DNA of 63,464 nucleotides, filler included, from Octopus bimaculoides (GCF_001194135.2; 7 parts of 7 records of this genome joined end to end with filler, not necessarily neighbours in it); one strand, 5' to 3'. Numbered from the whole stretch's first letter, positions 48,330 to 60,807 are shown. A program made the numbers and translations. Notes: generated from the sequence alone by a model not told the origin.

Positions 48330-48863
48330 AAATTTTTTTCCCACGAGAGTTCCGGATCCCAACAATGAACTCATTTGCATACAGCCAATCAGAGCTCACC
48401 TCGACCTTGTTCTCAAGTTAACAAACACCCTCTATCAAGTAAACTCAAGACGAAGAACGGTGTTGTAAGTCGACCGATCGCCAGGTTATGCCTGATTTTA
48501 GAAGGAGACAAGTAATTAGATTTGCATCTATACCTATTATCGGATTTTGTTAGGGTCCCATATGGTAAAGATGTGGATGGGAGAAATGTGGGTAGAGGGT
48601 GATGCGCTAGTAACCCTCTCCCCTTACTGTTTTACAAAATAAACAACAACACAAATAACTACGCGGAGGCAGCCATGGTTGAAACAAGAACAACAAGCAT
48701 TCTTAAAAGAGATAAGAAGCATGGTCATTCCTTACCCAAGTGACCCTATCTTATCGTCCATCACTTGCCATGCGCTCATAAATTAGTTTGATAGTTGAGC
48801 TCTGATTGGCTGTATGCAAATGAGTTCATAACTGGGGTCCGGAACTCTCGTGGGAAAAAATTT
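48330..48863. mobile_element. Unclassified inverted-repeat element (about 68-bp IRs with a perfect 34-bp core) apparently inserted in a SINE head
   Basis: 48365-48398 ATGAACTCATTTGCATACAGCCAATCAGAGCTCA is the exact reverse complement of 48796-48829. The outer TTTTTTCCCACGAGAGTTCCGGA is also mirrored. Confidence 0.7.
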
Positions 48864-51855
48864 CACTTCCCGAACCAAGCGGTGCATTGTGTTCTTAAGC
48901 AAAGCACTTCATCTCACGTTGCTCTGCATAGGCAATGTCGATTTGAAGAAGTGAGAGAACTATTCTACGACACAAATATTTAACCACTATAAACAAATCG
49001 TCTGTGCAGACTGTTTGACAAGAAATTGCGGGACCCTCATCTGTCGTCTACGACGGGAAAGTGCACTAGCGTTCATTTGTCAAAGACGTTGCCTTCATCA
49101 AATTCTATTCTTATTATCACCTGATAATGCTATTATTAAGTTCAGCAGTATTTTTTTTCCGGGTAGTAAACATTTCTACAAATTTATCATGAATTACACT
49201 GGTGTCTCTTATTGTTGGGGACCCTGGCACACAACAAATGGAGCATTCCAAAGAAAATGGCAATAGAAGAGACAGCCTATCTGGGCTTCTCTTTAGTTTG
49301 ATAGTAAATCTAGTATCAAAGTAAACAGAAACCCAGGTAGGTTGTCTCTGCTGAATATTTCTTTTGAAAGAATTATAACAGCAGAGACAATCGTAGAGCA
49401 GAGAAGAAAATACTTTGAATTAAGCTATGGTTCGCCACGCTCTGGGTTCCAATCCCTGTAAGGTCAACTTTGTATTTCATCTTCCTGGGTAATGAAATTA
49501 ACTTCCATTCAAAAACTGGAGTCGATTTGATAATCCTACAAATATCCAATATGTGAATGGAGTTATAGCACCAGACTGAAATTTATTTCAAAATTATATT
49601 TTAATAAAATATTCTATATATTGTACGGTGACAAAGTCAATGGCGTGAAATTCACAACTTCCTAATTAAATTACCTTAAAAATCGCAGTTTATAACCCTT
49701 AAAAAAGGTTATATTTATATTGTTATACTTGGGGATAGTCGTTTTTAGTTAATTTTATAGTGTGTATGTGTGTTTCTAAGAGTGTATGTTTATGTATGCG
49801 TGTCTCTCTAAGTGCATGCATGTGTGTGTGCGTACGTGTGTGATAGCCAGAAGAGATAAATAAACGATATGCAGGGGAGGTAACTGCTATCACTGGAAAG
49901 AGAGAAAGACGGAGAAAGAAAGAGAGAGACAAACTGAGATAGAGACAGCGAGGGAGATAAAAGAGAGACAGAAAAAGAGAGAGAGAGAAATCTGTGTGTC
50001 TTTGGTTGAATTTTGTCTTCCTGGTAAAGTACCATGTTTTTCTCTTCATCTCTACTTGTAGACAAATAACACGATACCAAATTAGACAGATCTAACTTCA
50101 TTTATTTAATCAATCGCTATTTCCAAAACAAGCACTTCGCATTATTCCCTGTTAATTCACCTTTAATAATTTCGTGTTTTTTTTTCTTTCTTCTTAAATA
50201 TAATGACAGCCAGCTTGCGATTCCTTAAATAACTTTAAAAAAAAGAAAAAAGAACTTCATTCATCCATGTGATTTAACTGAGTATCTTTCTCGGCTGCTG
50301 TTGTTATATATATTTATTGTGGCTTTGTTACAGTCGTTAGTTTTTAGCAGCCAAGAAAACATTTTATTTCTTCTCTGTGAATGCCATGTTTTCCTTGTGT
50401 ATTTGTGTGTGTATATGTTTGTGTTTGTACATGGGTGTATGTGTCTGTGAGAGAGTGTGTGTGTGTGATGTCTTTTCCAAGAATGATGGCCTATTTGTTT
50501 TTAGCTCCAGTTCAGCACTGTTCTAGCAGACATATGAACATAGGCATTCCAGCTGTGACCATCCCGTCTGTTTATGGATCTGAGATTTAGCTGCTATTTG
50601 GGAGTTAAGTGGACGTCAATTCTAAAACACGATTGTTTAGAGAGAGAGGTGGTGGTGATGGTGGGAGACTATTTATTGTGGTAAGCTCTAACTACCATTA
50701 TCTTAGTGACCACTCTCCACTGTCATCAGGTATGTTCATCTACATTTATAGTCAGTCCTTTGGAGCCAAACCGAACCTACCTCAACAACAGGATGTCTAT
50801 AGGGTTCTCTTCCAGTTGAACTTAACTTGACATGTCTAGACTTTTCCAATCTCTGCAGGTCTGGACTACGGAACTTAATTCTCTGCCTTCTGGAACCCAT
50901 CTACCTCTGTCTGTAGCGAAAGCTTTATGAAATTATCATGTGTTGTAACACAACAGCTGCCTTGTTTGTTATGAAAGCGGCTGGGTCTGCTATTGGTGAG
51001 TAACTTAATATGTATTGGTGATGCATTTATGGCCTAGACAGAAGGTAGGAGCTACGTCCAGTCACACACAAACAAGTATTTATTTGATAAGTTACAAACC
51101 GTTTTATATGTGTGTATGTATGTATGTTTAAACAGATATGTTAAGAGAGATTGCCGGAAATATAGGAAGTGGCACATATAGACAGATAGATAAATAGATT
51201 TGTAGGGAGCCAGATTGTTTGTACCTTGTGAAAAGGGGTTAGTTTAAGTACAAACGTATCGATATTTTCGTGCAAAGATGTGTATGTTTCTATGTTGCTG
51301 TATCTGTTTACGCGTAAATGGGTCTTGGTGGTACAAATGTGTAAGTTTATACACAAACGGATGTACGCTTGTGTTTACGAACAAAGAGGTGCATGTTTAC
51401 ATGTAGACATGCGCATGTTCATTAATTGTAAATGTATGTATTTATGTGCAAATTGTGTTTACCCGCAATGACGAAATATTCTGTCCGAAACGTTAAACTT
51501 TTCTTCTTTTTCATAGCATAACATTCCACTGTATGAACGATTCATATGCAAACATGTGTGTCTGCATGCAAGTGTGTGAGATGTATATATTTAGGGAGGT
51601 TTGTGTGTATTGTAAGTTGCCATGTGCTGGGATTGTCTCCCAGTCACACTGTCTTATTACTTTATGTCTTGGTTCGAATTTCAGGGTTGTCATGTTTCAG
51701 ACCCTGACAGATTGCTATTGAGATGGCGAGAATGTTATAGATCAGGTTCCAACCATGAACAAGCAGTGACAGCTTCGTAGGGAGGACTAAGATGGTTCAC
51801 TTTCCTTGTTCTTTGATAAGGTAAAAACTTCTTAATTCTTTTTTTCTGGACACAA

Positions 51856-51892
<37 letters not shown>

Positions 51893-52029
51893 CAGACGGG
51901 GGTTAGAACCGATGGCGAAAGTAAAGAATACGCACACCCAGTGTTTAGGGTTAGGGATTTTGTTACGCCGGAAACGAGTGGTTTCTTTACCTCCGCGGGA
52001 ACTGGTTGCCCCAAATGGTATTAATATTT

Positions 52030-52210
52030 GGCAGAATCGTAAGCGGCATTTTATCCGTCTTTGCGTTCTGAGTTCAAATTCCGCTGAGGTCGACTTTGCC
52101 TTTCATCTTTTCGGTGTCGATGCAATAAATACCAGTTGAACACTGATCGATGTAATCGACTAGCTCCATCTTCTGAACTTGCAGGCCTTGTGTCAAAATT
52201 TGAAACCTAT
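52030..52210 (+). mobile_element. SINE family B
   Basis: GTTCTGAGTTCAAATTCCGCTGAGGTCGACTTTGCCTTTCATC. Confidence 0.8.
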
Positions 52211-54140
52211 ATATAAATTAGTTTATTTTTGTCTTTGAAAGTTTTCTGGGTTTTTTCCTTCTGTATAATTCAGGTAAATTACTTAAATTACTAAAGGCAA
52301 CAAACAAAAAAAAAAACTTCCCATGTTTATTCTACCTCCTTGGGCCCTGATTCTCGCATATGACATCCAACATGCTGAAAACTGACCTCAGCATATCTTC
52401 CCATCACCTTACCTTATTTGCAGCTACCATCCCTCACCACGTGGCCATACCACCACCATCACCACCTACCCTTTCTCTAGCTAGCCCCCCCCCCCATGTC
52501 CATACAATTAAACAGCTATAACAACTGTTTGAGTTACCTCCCTTATATCACTCAAAGATTTCGAAACAGCATGAATGTCATAACTTCGTCATCAGTTTAA
52601 CTCAACTCTGATGTTTCGTTTCTTGTTTTAAAATTCAATAGATGGAAATGTGTTTCTTCGATTCTTCGATACTGTTGCCCTCTTCAGGCCCAGATGTACT
52701 ATTGTAGTACAGGGCTTGCTCCTGCTAAGTTTGTCACTCTCTTTTCTAATTCCCACAAGCACATACCATAATTTTAATTTATCTCCAGTTTAAATCTTTA
52801 TTTAATTTGCATCTTTCATAGTTGGGGTTCACTGCTGACCACCAGAATAGTGTGGCCATTTGAGTTTATGCCCTCATCTACCACTATGTCACATCACTTG
52901 TGGATGTTGACTCTAACTTGAGAACGTGGTCCGTCTTTCATTGGGGTTTTCATGACTACACTCTTCAGCCAGCATGATTTGCCAGCTTGCATGCAGGATG
53001 TTTTTATGAAACCTCATTCATTTGGAAGGTCATTGGCCCTCAATGAGCTCATCCTTCCTGCAGAGTGTCCTGCCATGGGTCCACACCTTGGCAAGCCAGG
53101 TGGAGGAGGTGGTTTAGTTGCCGACCACCCGACCATGAAACAGCACTCGGTTATGTCGTACCAGGAGCAGGATCTGAATGACGTGATCTGAATGCCTTCT
53201 TCTAATCTGTAAGTGCCAACAGCATTTAAGATCTTGAGAATTTCATACACCATCTTGTTTCTGTGTGTTTCAAGAAGTCTGAGAAACTTTTGTTTCGGTT
53301 GATTAAATTGACCTTAATCGCTTGACAACCGATGTTCGTGTGTTTGCATCCCCGTAACTTCAATGAGATTTGAACTTAGAAAAGTTGGAACAAATACTGC
53401 AAAATTTCTTGTCTGACAATCTAACAATCCTGCTATTTCACTTCTTTAATTATTAATTTTGTTTAAATATAACAAGTCATGATGTTAATTTATCTGTTTC
53501 TAAATTTCCAGGTAAATCCTCCAGTTTCCACAGAAAGATAAAAGATGATGAGCAGGAAGTGAACAATGAGGAGGATGCTCAGAACTGGTCTGTTAATTAG
53601 TCCATCTGCTTCAATACCTTAATTAACAGCCATCAGTAGCAGCAGCAGCAGCTGTAGATAAAGTCTAATGTTTAACTGGAAAAGATGAGGAAATATTATT
53701 TATAAAATTAATTGTGAAGTGAACCTGAAGCAATATGGCAGGTGTTGATCTCTTGAGACTCTTGGACACCCATGAATTGTGACCAACATCTCTCTGTCAT
53801 CTTAACACCAACTGTATTGATGACAGCTAATCAACCATTAATAGCTAACACCATCAGCTGTTTTATTAATAATAACTCCACTTTCAGGATTGTTAATCAA
53901 CCATTAACAGTAAGCACCAACTTCACTGACAGATCCCCTGTAATGACAACTAATCAAGCATCAACTATGAACACTGTGATGTTAGTACCTTCCCTCTCAT
54001 GACAGTCATATAAATATTAACAGTGAACATCAAACTCCTTTGGACAACAAACAGTGAAGCATTAACATTGAACAGTGACTTGTTTAACAGTCCTGGTTCT
54101 GGTCAGTCGTTAATTGCTTTGAACAGGTGAACTGTTAAAG

Positions 54141-55619
54141 ATGGAGGAAAAGCCCTACAAATGTCAAGATTGTCATGAGGCTTTCTCTGACCAATCAGAT
54201 TTAGACTTGCATGTTGCAAATAGCTGCGAAGACCAGGACCGGAAAGAGTCCAGTCAATTCTTGAAGGCTTTTGGTTTGAGACAGAAAGGGAAAGTGTTAG
54301 AAAAAACTCAAGTGGAAAAAAAAGTGGAAATCTCAGATAATAGTGTGGAAAACTTGCCTCCAACTGAGTCGAAGAATATTAATGGTTCCTATGGTGTTAG
54401 AAAACGGAAAACATACAAATGTGATACTTGTGAGAAAGTATTTTCTCGGAGTGATCATTTGAAAATGCATAAATTAAGTCACTCAGATGTACGGAGCCAT
54501 GTCTGTGAAATCTGTGGGAAAGCCTTTGCCCAGGCTGGGATAATGCGTAGCCACATGAGAATCCATGCCAGTGTGAAGCCCCATGTTTGTAAAGTGTGTG
54601 GTAAGTCGTTTGTTCGTAGTTTTGCTTTGGAAGGCCATGTCAGGATTCATACAGGAGAGAAGCCGTTTGTGTGTTCGATTTGTGGAAAAACTTTCTCGCA
54701 AAAATCTGGCTGGATAAGCCATACAAAGAATCACCTTGACAAGAAGGCACATGCATGTGATGTATGTGGTAAGTCTTTTTCACAAACCTATGCTCTAAAG
54801 CGCCATAAAAAGACACACACAGGAGAAAGGCCGTATGCTTGTACAATCTGTGGCAAAACTTATTCTCAGAAATCAGGTTTGACAACACATTTGAAGAACC
54901 ATTCTGGAGAAAAGGCCTACACATGTGAGATTTGTGGTAAACAGTTTACATTAGTTCATGTCCTCAAAAGGCATCGACTCACCCATTCTGGGGAAAAACT
55001 CTTTAAATGTGATACTTGTCAAAAACATTTTGCTTGCAGCTCGTCTCTGAAAATACATGAAAGACTCCATTCTGGCAAGAAAATGTATCAATGTGATATC
55101 TGTGGTAAGGAATTTGCCCAAGGAGGGCAACTGAAATCTCACCATGCCACTCACACCGGCAACAAACCATTCAAGTGTGAAGAATGTGGCAAAGGTTTTG
55201 CTTTAAATTCCATATTAACAAAACACAAACGGGTTCACGCTGCCATCAAGCCCTTTCCTTGCTCAGTGTGTGGGAAAGGGTTCACTCAAAACTTTACTCT
55301 TTTGTTACATCTTAGGATACACACAGGTGAGAAACCATTCACTTGTGAGTTTTGTGGCAAACTCTTCTCACGTAAAGACGGCTTGGCCATTCATCGAAAG
55401 AATCATACAGGGCAGAAAGCATTTACCTGCAGTTACTGTGGCAACACTTTTTCAAAGAGTTCGACTCTAAAGAGGCACGAAATGATTCACACGGGGGAGA
55501 AGCCTTATTCGTGTTTGGAGTGTGGCGTGTCGTTTTCCCGCAAGGCACACCTAAAACGACACGAAGCTATTCACAGGGCCACCGAGGCTTTTGTTGAGAA
55601 ACCAGCTATACAGAATTGA
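54141..55619 (+). CDS. Tandem C2H2 zinc-finger protein (492 aa; 14 C2H2 fingers plus one N-terminal C2HC finger; no KRAB/SCAN/BTB recognisable)
   Basis: Uninterrupted ORF with AAAGATGG start context, regular 28-aa fingers and TGEKP-type linkers (e.g. HTGEKPFVCSICGK). It ends at TGA 55617-55619. Candidate splice acceptors lie upstream at 53511 and 54126, so an additional 5' coding exon cannot be excluded. Confidence 0.93.
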   Translation: MEEKPYKCQDCHEAFSDQSDLDLHVANSCEDQDRKESSQFLKAFGLRQKGKVLEKTQVEKKVEISDNSVENLPPTESKNINGSYGVRKRKTYKCDTCEKVFSRSDHLKMHKLSHSDVRSHVCEICGKAFAQAGIMRSHMRIHASVKPHVCKVCGKSFVRSFALEGHVRIHTGEKPFVCSICGKTFSQKSGWISHTKNHLDKKAHACDVCGKSFSQTYALKRHKKTHTGERPYACTICGKTYSQKSGLTTHLKNHSGEKAYTCEICGKQFTLVHVLKRHRLTHSGEKLFKCDTCQKHFACSSSLKIHERLHSGKKMYQCDICGKEFAQGGQLKSHHATHTGNKPFKCEECGKGFALNSILTKHKRVHAAIKPFPCSVCGKGFTQNFTLLLHLRIHTGEKPFTCEFCGKLFSRKDGLAIHRKNHTGQKAFTCSYCGNTFSKSSTLKRHEMIHTGEKPYSCLECGVSFSRKAHLKRHEAIHRATEAFVEKPAIQN

Positions 55620-58482
55620 ACGTTTGTGAAAACATTTAGTAAATTGAAATATCAGACTATGAATTTGGGGTTTCCTGCAGGAAGGGATCCCTCCCAACCG
55701 TACCCCTTGAAAAAAAATATCATTGTCAACCATATCACCTCTAAAGTAACATTTAATATCTTGTCAAGTCAGTGTCGATATTTTTTCTTATCTAATGTAC
55801 CAAACTGAAATGTGTTAATGTGGTGGGTGCAGAGATGGCTAGATCAAAAGTTCAATCCCAGCTGGCATCATCTGACAGTTTGCTTTCCTCTGTTGGACTG
55901 GGGCGTTTGAACAAAGGTGTGAGAAGGAAATTGACCCAAATGAAAAACAAAAACTAAACAAGGAATATCACAACAGTTGTCAGACATCAACCCATACCTG
56001 GGTTAACACCTGTGTCCAGTTGATAATATCATTAATGACCTGCATGCACCCACACCCTCACCTGTCTTTCCATTTGTCAGGACTCCATCATATCTTATCC
56101 CTCCATTTATTCCTGTAACAGTATAGGGCTGTGCTACAGTGACACATACACACACATACACATACACAGATACTTACACAGTGCATACACAACCTTTACA
56201 TTCAGCATGTATACATATATATATCTCACACACCCTCAAAATGGTTACATACATCCATACACACGTGCATATCCATCCATCCATACTTACATGCATACAA
56301 ATGTTCATATACATATACTCAATCATCCATCCATATATACATATGTACGTATGTACACTAACTTGTATAACACGGGTGAGGTTCTACTTGGTTGCCCAGC
56401 TTGCTAGAAATAGCTGCCATATCTCCCATAAATTCCACCCAGGCATCTTAACTACAAACTTACATCAATCACCGAGAAACTTGGCTCCAATCAAATAGAC
56501 TAAAACTCTATCATCTTCCTTCTTACAATATTTGACACCAAAGATACAACCAGCTGACAGATTGAGTCACATAAATATACTGCATAGAATATGAGAATAT
56601 AGTATTTATTATGTATGTCTTTATAATATTCACAGAAGTGTGGAAGATATTGTAAAGAAAGCAAAGTAATACAAAAACACCCTTAGAACACTCACAGTGT
56701 ATATATATATATATATATATATATNNNNNNNNNNNNNNNNNNNNNNNNNNNNNNNNNNNNNNNNNNNNNNNNNNNNNNNNNNNNNNNNNNNNNNNNNNNN
56801 NNNNNNNNNNNNNNNNNNNNNNNNNNNNNNNNNNNNNNNNNNNNNNNNNNNNNNNNNTATATATATATACATATATATGTATATATATATATACGACCAG
56901 GATAAACAGCACTGACCTTTATATACTTCTCTTATGTACATTATGGATTATGTGGTCAAGATAAACAATATAGACACAAATATATTTGCACTAAGTCCAT
57001 GGATTATGTGATTAAGATAAACAATACTGACCCTTATATATACATCCATTAAGTCCATTGTGGATAATGCCTATCTTGCTCAAATCCTCTTGGTCTCCAC
57101 AATAAACTACAAACACTCCAAGACAATATTTTACATCATCACAGGCTGCACACAGACCCCTGCCTTCCCTACTAAAAGCTGAGGGACATAGTTTGTTGCT
57201 GCAAGGATGGAACCCTCACAGTCTCTGCTGCCACTGCAACACAATCACCCCCAAATACCCAGATATGTCTATGATACCCCAGAACATTACTACAATGCTA
57301 TCTTTCCCACTCAATCCTGACAAGCACAGCAACAACATCAATACTTCTGTACTGACATAGATACAGTGTCAGTGATCAGTGTAAAGGAACAACAACTGAT
57401 GTGATCCAACCAGGCCCACTTCAGCTGTCTCCACTGTGACGACTACAACACTACCAGTAAAGGAACCTCTATAAGGTCGATCTACCTGCTTGAAATAGCA
57501 GCCATGCCTGGTCGTCAACTCAAGGAGGTGAAGATATATAGAAATATTATAAATCAGTGGATCACACTAATGACATACCATAGATGTGATTAATCAGGGC
57601 TAACAACAACCAGTAGAATAGGGTCCATCTGGGCTTCTAAAAAGCTAAAAGATGGTCCCTATGTACTTCCATACCAGTGGAAGACATGATCCTCTTTGCT
57701 ACATTGCCATAAGAAAATTATCCCTTCAGTCCTTCCATACCAGTAAAAATGTTCCTTCTGTGCAACAATACATCTAAAATGTGTCTCTGATGATAATAAA
57801 TGTCTGTTCATAACTATGGAAGCAGGACTTTGCTGGAATTCAGTTTTATTGACAACGATGTACCTCGGCGATAACTAATAAAATAAAATACTCTGCTGCA
57901 ATTCCATACTGTTTACTTGTTATTAACTCTTTCGGGTAAATATGTGTAGGGGTTTGATAATTGGTACAAGGATCTGAAAATGTGGGGGTTGGAGTATTGA
58001 GGGTTGTATTCACCCTGGGACATTACTGGTACTGCTTTGATTAACTCAGAAGCCATAAAATCCAAGTTAGTCACAACTAGATTTGAACTTGGAACATGAT
58101 ATTTCTAACATAAAGCAGAAGGCTTCAAATTTGGGTGGGTGGGGATATAGTAAAGTGGTTGGCATTAAGAAGGGTTTCCAGCTGTAGAAACCATGTGGAA
58201 GTGGATACTGGAGCACGAGGTAGCCTTTGCTCCTTACTCCACCATCAGACTCTATTAAACTGACTCACCTGTGCCAGCATGCAACATGGATGTTAAATGA
58301 TATTAATGGTAGCTGATTAAATCAACTCCAGTACTTTAGTTTATTGACCCTTGAAGGATGAACTTGCAAAGTTGACCCTGGGGAGGTTTGAACTCTGAAC
58401 CTAAAGAGATGTAACTAGATATTTATTTCTAACATAAAGCACAGAGCCACAAATTTGATGGAAACAAAAAGAAGCTTGTTGC

Positions 58483-58515
<33 letters not shown>

Positions 58516-58668
58516 AATATATATATATAAATATAAAAATATAAATATATATATATATATATANNNNNNNNNNNNNNNNNNNNNNNNNNNNNNNNNNNNN
58601 NNNNNNNTTAATTAATTAANNNNNNNNNNNNNNNNNNNNNNNNNNNNNNNNNNNNNNNNNNNNATACA

Positions 58669-58699
<31 letters not shown>

Positions 58700-58836
58700 G
58701 GCATAAATATATACGTACATAAATACACAAATCTGCTAAATACATACAGCTTCTTTTAACAATCCTAATTAATTAAATGATTAATTCTTGTTAATTTATG
58801 GATCGTAAAATTAAAAGCAACGAACCATATTTGTTA

Positions 58837-59075
58837 CGAATGACCAACCAACTTGAATGAAAAATTCCAAAGAAGTGAGAAAAATTGTGTGTGACCCAAA
58901 GACGTTGCTGCAGCAGTCGTATTTTTTTGCAACCAAAAAGGAAAACGAGAGATCATTCTGCAATGTAAACGTTAATACGAATGACCAACCAATTTTTAAT
59001 GAAAAATTCAGAATGAACAAGAAAATTGTGCGTGACCCGAAGGCGTTACTGTGGCAATCTCATTTCTCTCGACCA
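58837..59075 (+). repeat. Diverged tandem duplication, period 141 bp
   Basis: CGAATGACCAACCAA at 58837 and 58978, each followed by AAAATTGTG(T/C)GTGACCC(A/G)AAG. Confidence 0.8.
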
Positions 59076-59702
59076 AAATCACAAACAGAAAATATGCAGG
59101 GCGTGGGAGAGATCACCCTGCTCAACTAACTGCAATGCTTTAGCGTTGACCTTTTTCTAAGCACTCGGCTCTAGAAGAAACAAATTCTATAACTCAATGG
59201 CTATTCTGTTGTTTGCGAATGGTTAATGGATAGCGGCTGCTTGTAATTTCTTGATTGGCACGAGAGATAACTGCTGCTCGAGGAAAAAAAGGTCAACATC
59301 ACTGGCTGTTCCATCTATACTTACCTACCATCAAGTCTGTCTGACCTCTACATTTTTGGTACCAGTTCAGGAGTCTATAATGAAATTGTATAAATGTATA
59401 AAGTAAAATATATATATATAAAGTGAACACAAGAATACTGTTTCTCTAAAATCGATAATGGTCTAAAAATAGAAAATGACTTGTCAAAGTGTCTGTATTC
59501 TAATAATCGATTTTTCCCCTTGACTTTTCATCGATATCTGTTGTAGAATTTTGCAAACGCCGGCTTATTTTTTTTCTCTTCTTCTTCCTTTTCTCTCTCT
59601 CTTTCCCTTTTCTCTCTTTCTCTCCTTCTCTCTCTCTCTCCATGTATAAAAGAGGGGGAAGAAGAGAAGGAGAGAAAGAGAGAGCTGAATTGATAGGGAC
59701 AT

Positions 59703-59743
<41 letters not shown>

Positions 59744-59779
59744 AGACAGACAGACAAGGGACAGAAAGAGAGACAAATT

Positions 59780-59876
<97 letters not shown>

Positions 59877-59970
59877 CTATCTACTTATCTGTCTAGTTAG
59901 CTGCATACCTATCTAACAGCGAACCTATCTATATATTTTCATACCCAAATATCTGTCTACCTATCCACTG

Positions 59971-60011
<41 letters not shown>

Positions 60012-60807
60012 NNNNNNNNNNNNNNNNNNNNNNNNNNNNNNNNNNNNNNNNNNNNTTAATTAATTAANNNNNNNNNNNNNNNNNNNNNNNNNNNNNNNNN
60101 NNNNNNNNNNNATATATATACATCTATAAATACAAACACACACTACTACATATATATATAGAGAGATGCACGCGCACATAAACGCATACACACATACCTT
60201 CGCAAACATATACATATAAAAACACATACACATATACCCATATTGTTTTTTCAACAGATATATTACTAAACATGAGTCACAACCTCAATTAGCAAGAAAC
60301 ACTGAAAGAATTTAACACATTCTACATACAAACATCAAAAACAAATTCACAGACAGACAGACAGACATATATAAATACAAAACAAAATAATAATAATAAA
60401 ATCAAGACATTTAATATCCCTTCAGCGCCCCTCCCTAAACACCCTAGAAAACCCCCAAAAGACCAATAACCCCTTCACTAACACAAACACCTCGCCCCAC
60501 TCCAATAACCATTTAGTTATATACAAATTCCCATCATCACAACGTTTAGCAGCCCAGGCTGACTTCCTTTCACTTAGAACCAATATTAAATGCTTATAAT
60601 GATAAAAAACAACAACGATAATGACGACGAAAGCAACAATAGTAGAAAAGGCAACAGCAGCAGCAGCAATAAAATAAGCAACAATGACAACCATAAAAAA
60701 ATCAACACCAACAACAAAAATAGCAGCAACAACAACAGCACCACCACCACCACCACCACCAACAACAACAAGAAAACCAATAACAGAACAATAACAAAAA
60801 CAACATA

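Noticed and set aside
52950-53255. 79-aa ORFs on both strands, faintly RT-like (NDLP)
   Set aside because: The motifs are too degraded to assign and there is no YADD-like motif.
58857-59129. 90-aa ORF with a KIV.DPK.LL.QS.F repeat as a coding gene
   Set aside because: The first unit has an indel and a stop relative to the second, so the frame is not conserved. Kept only as a tandem duplication.
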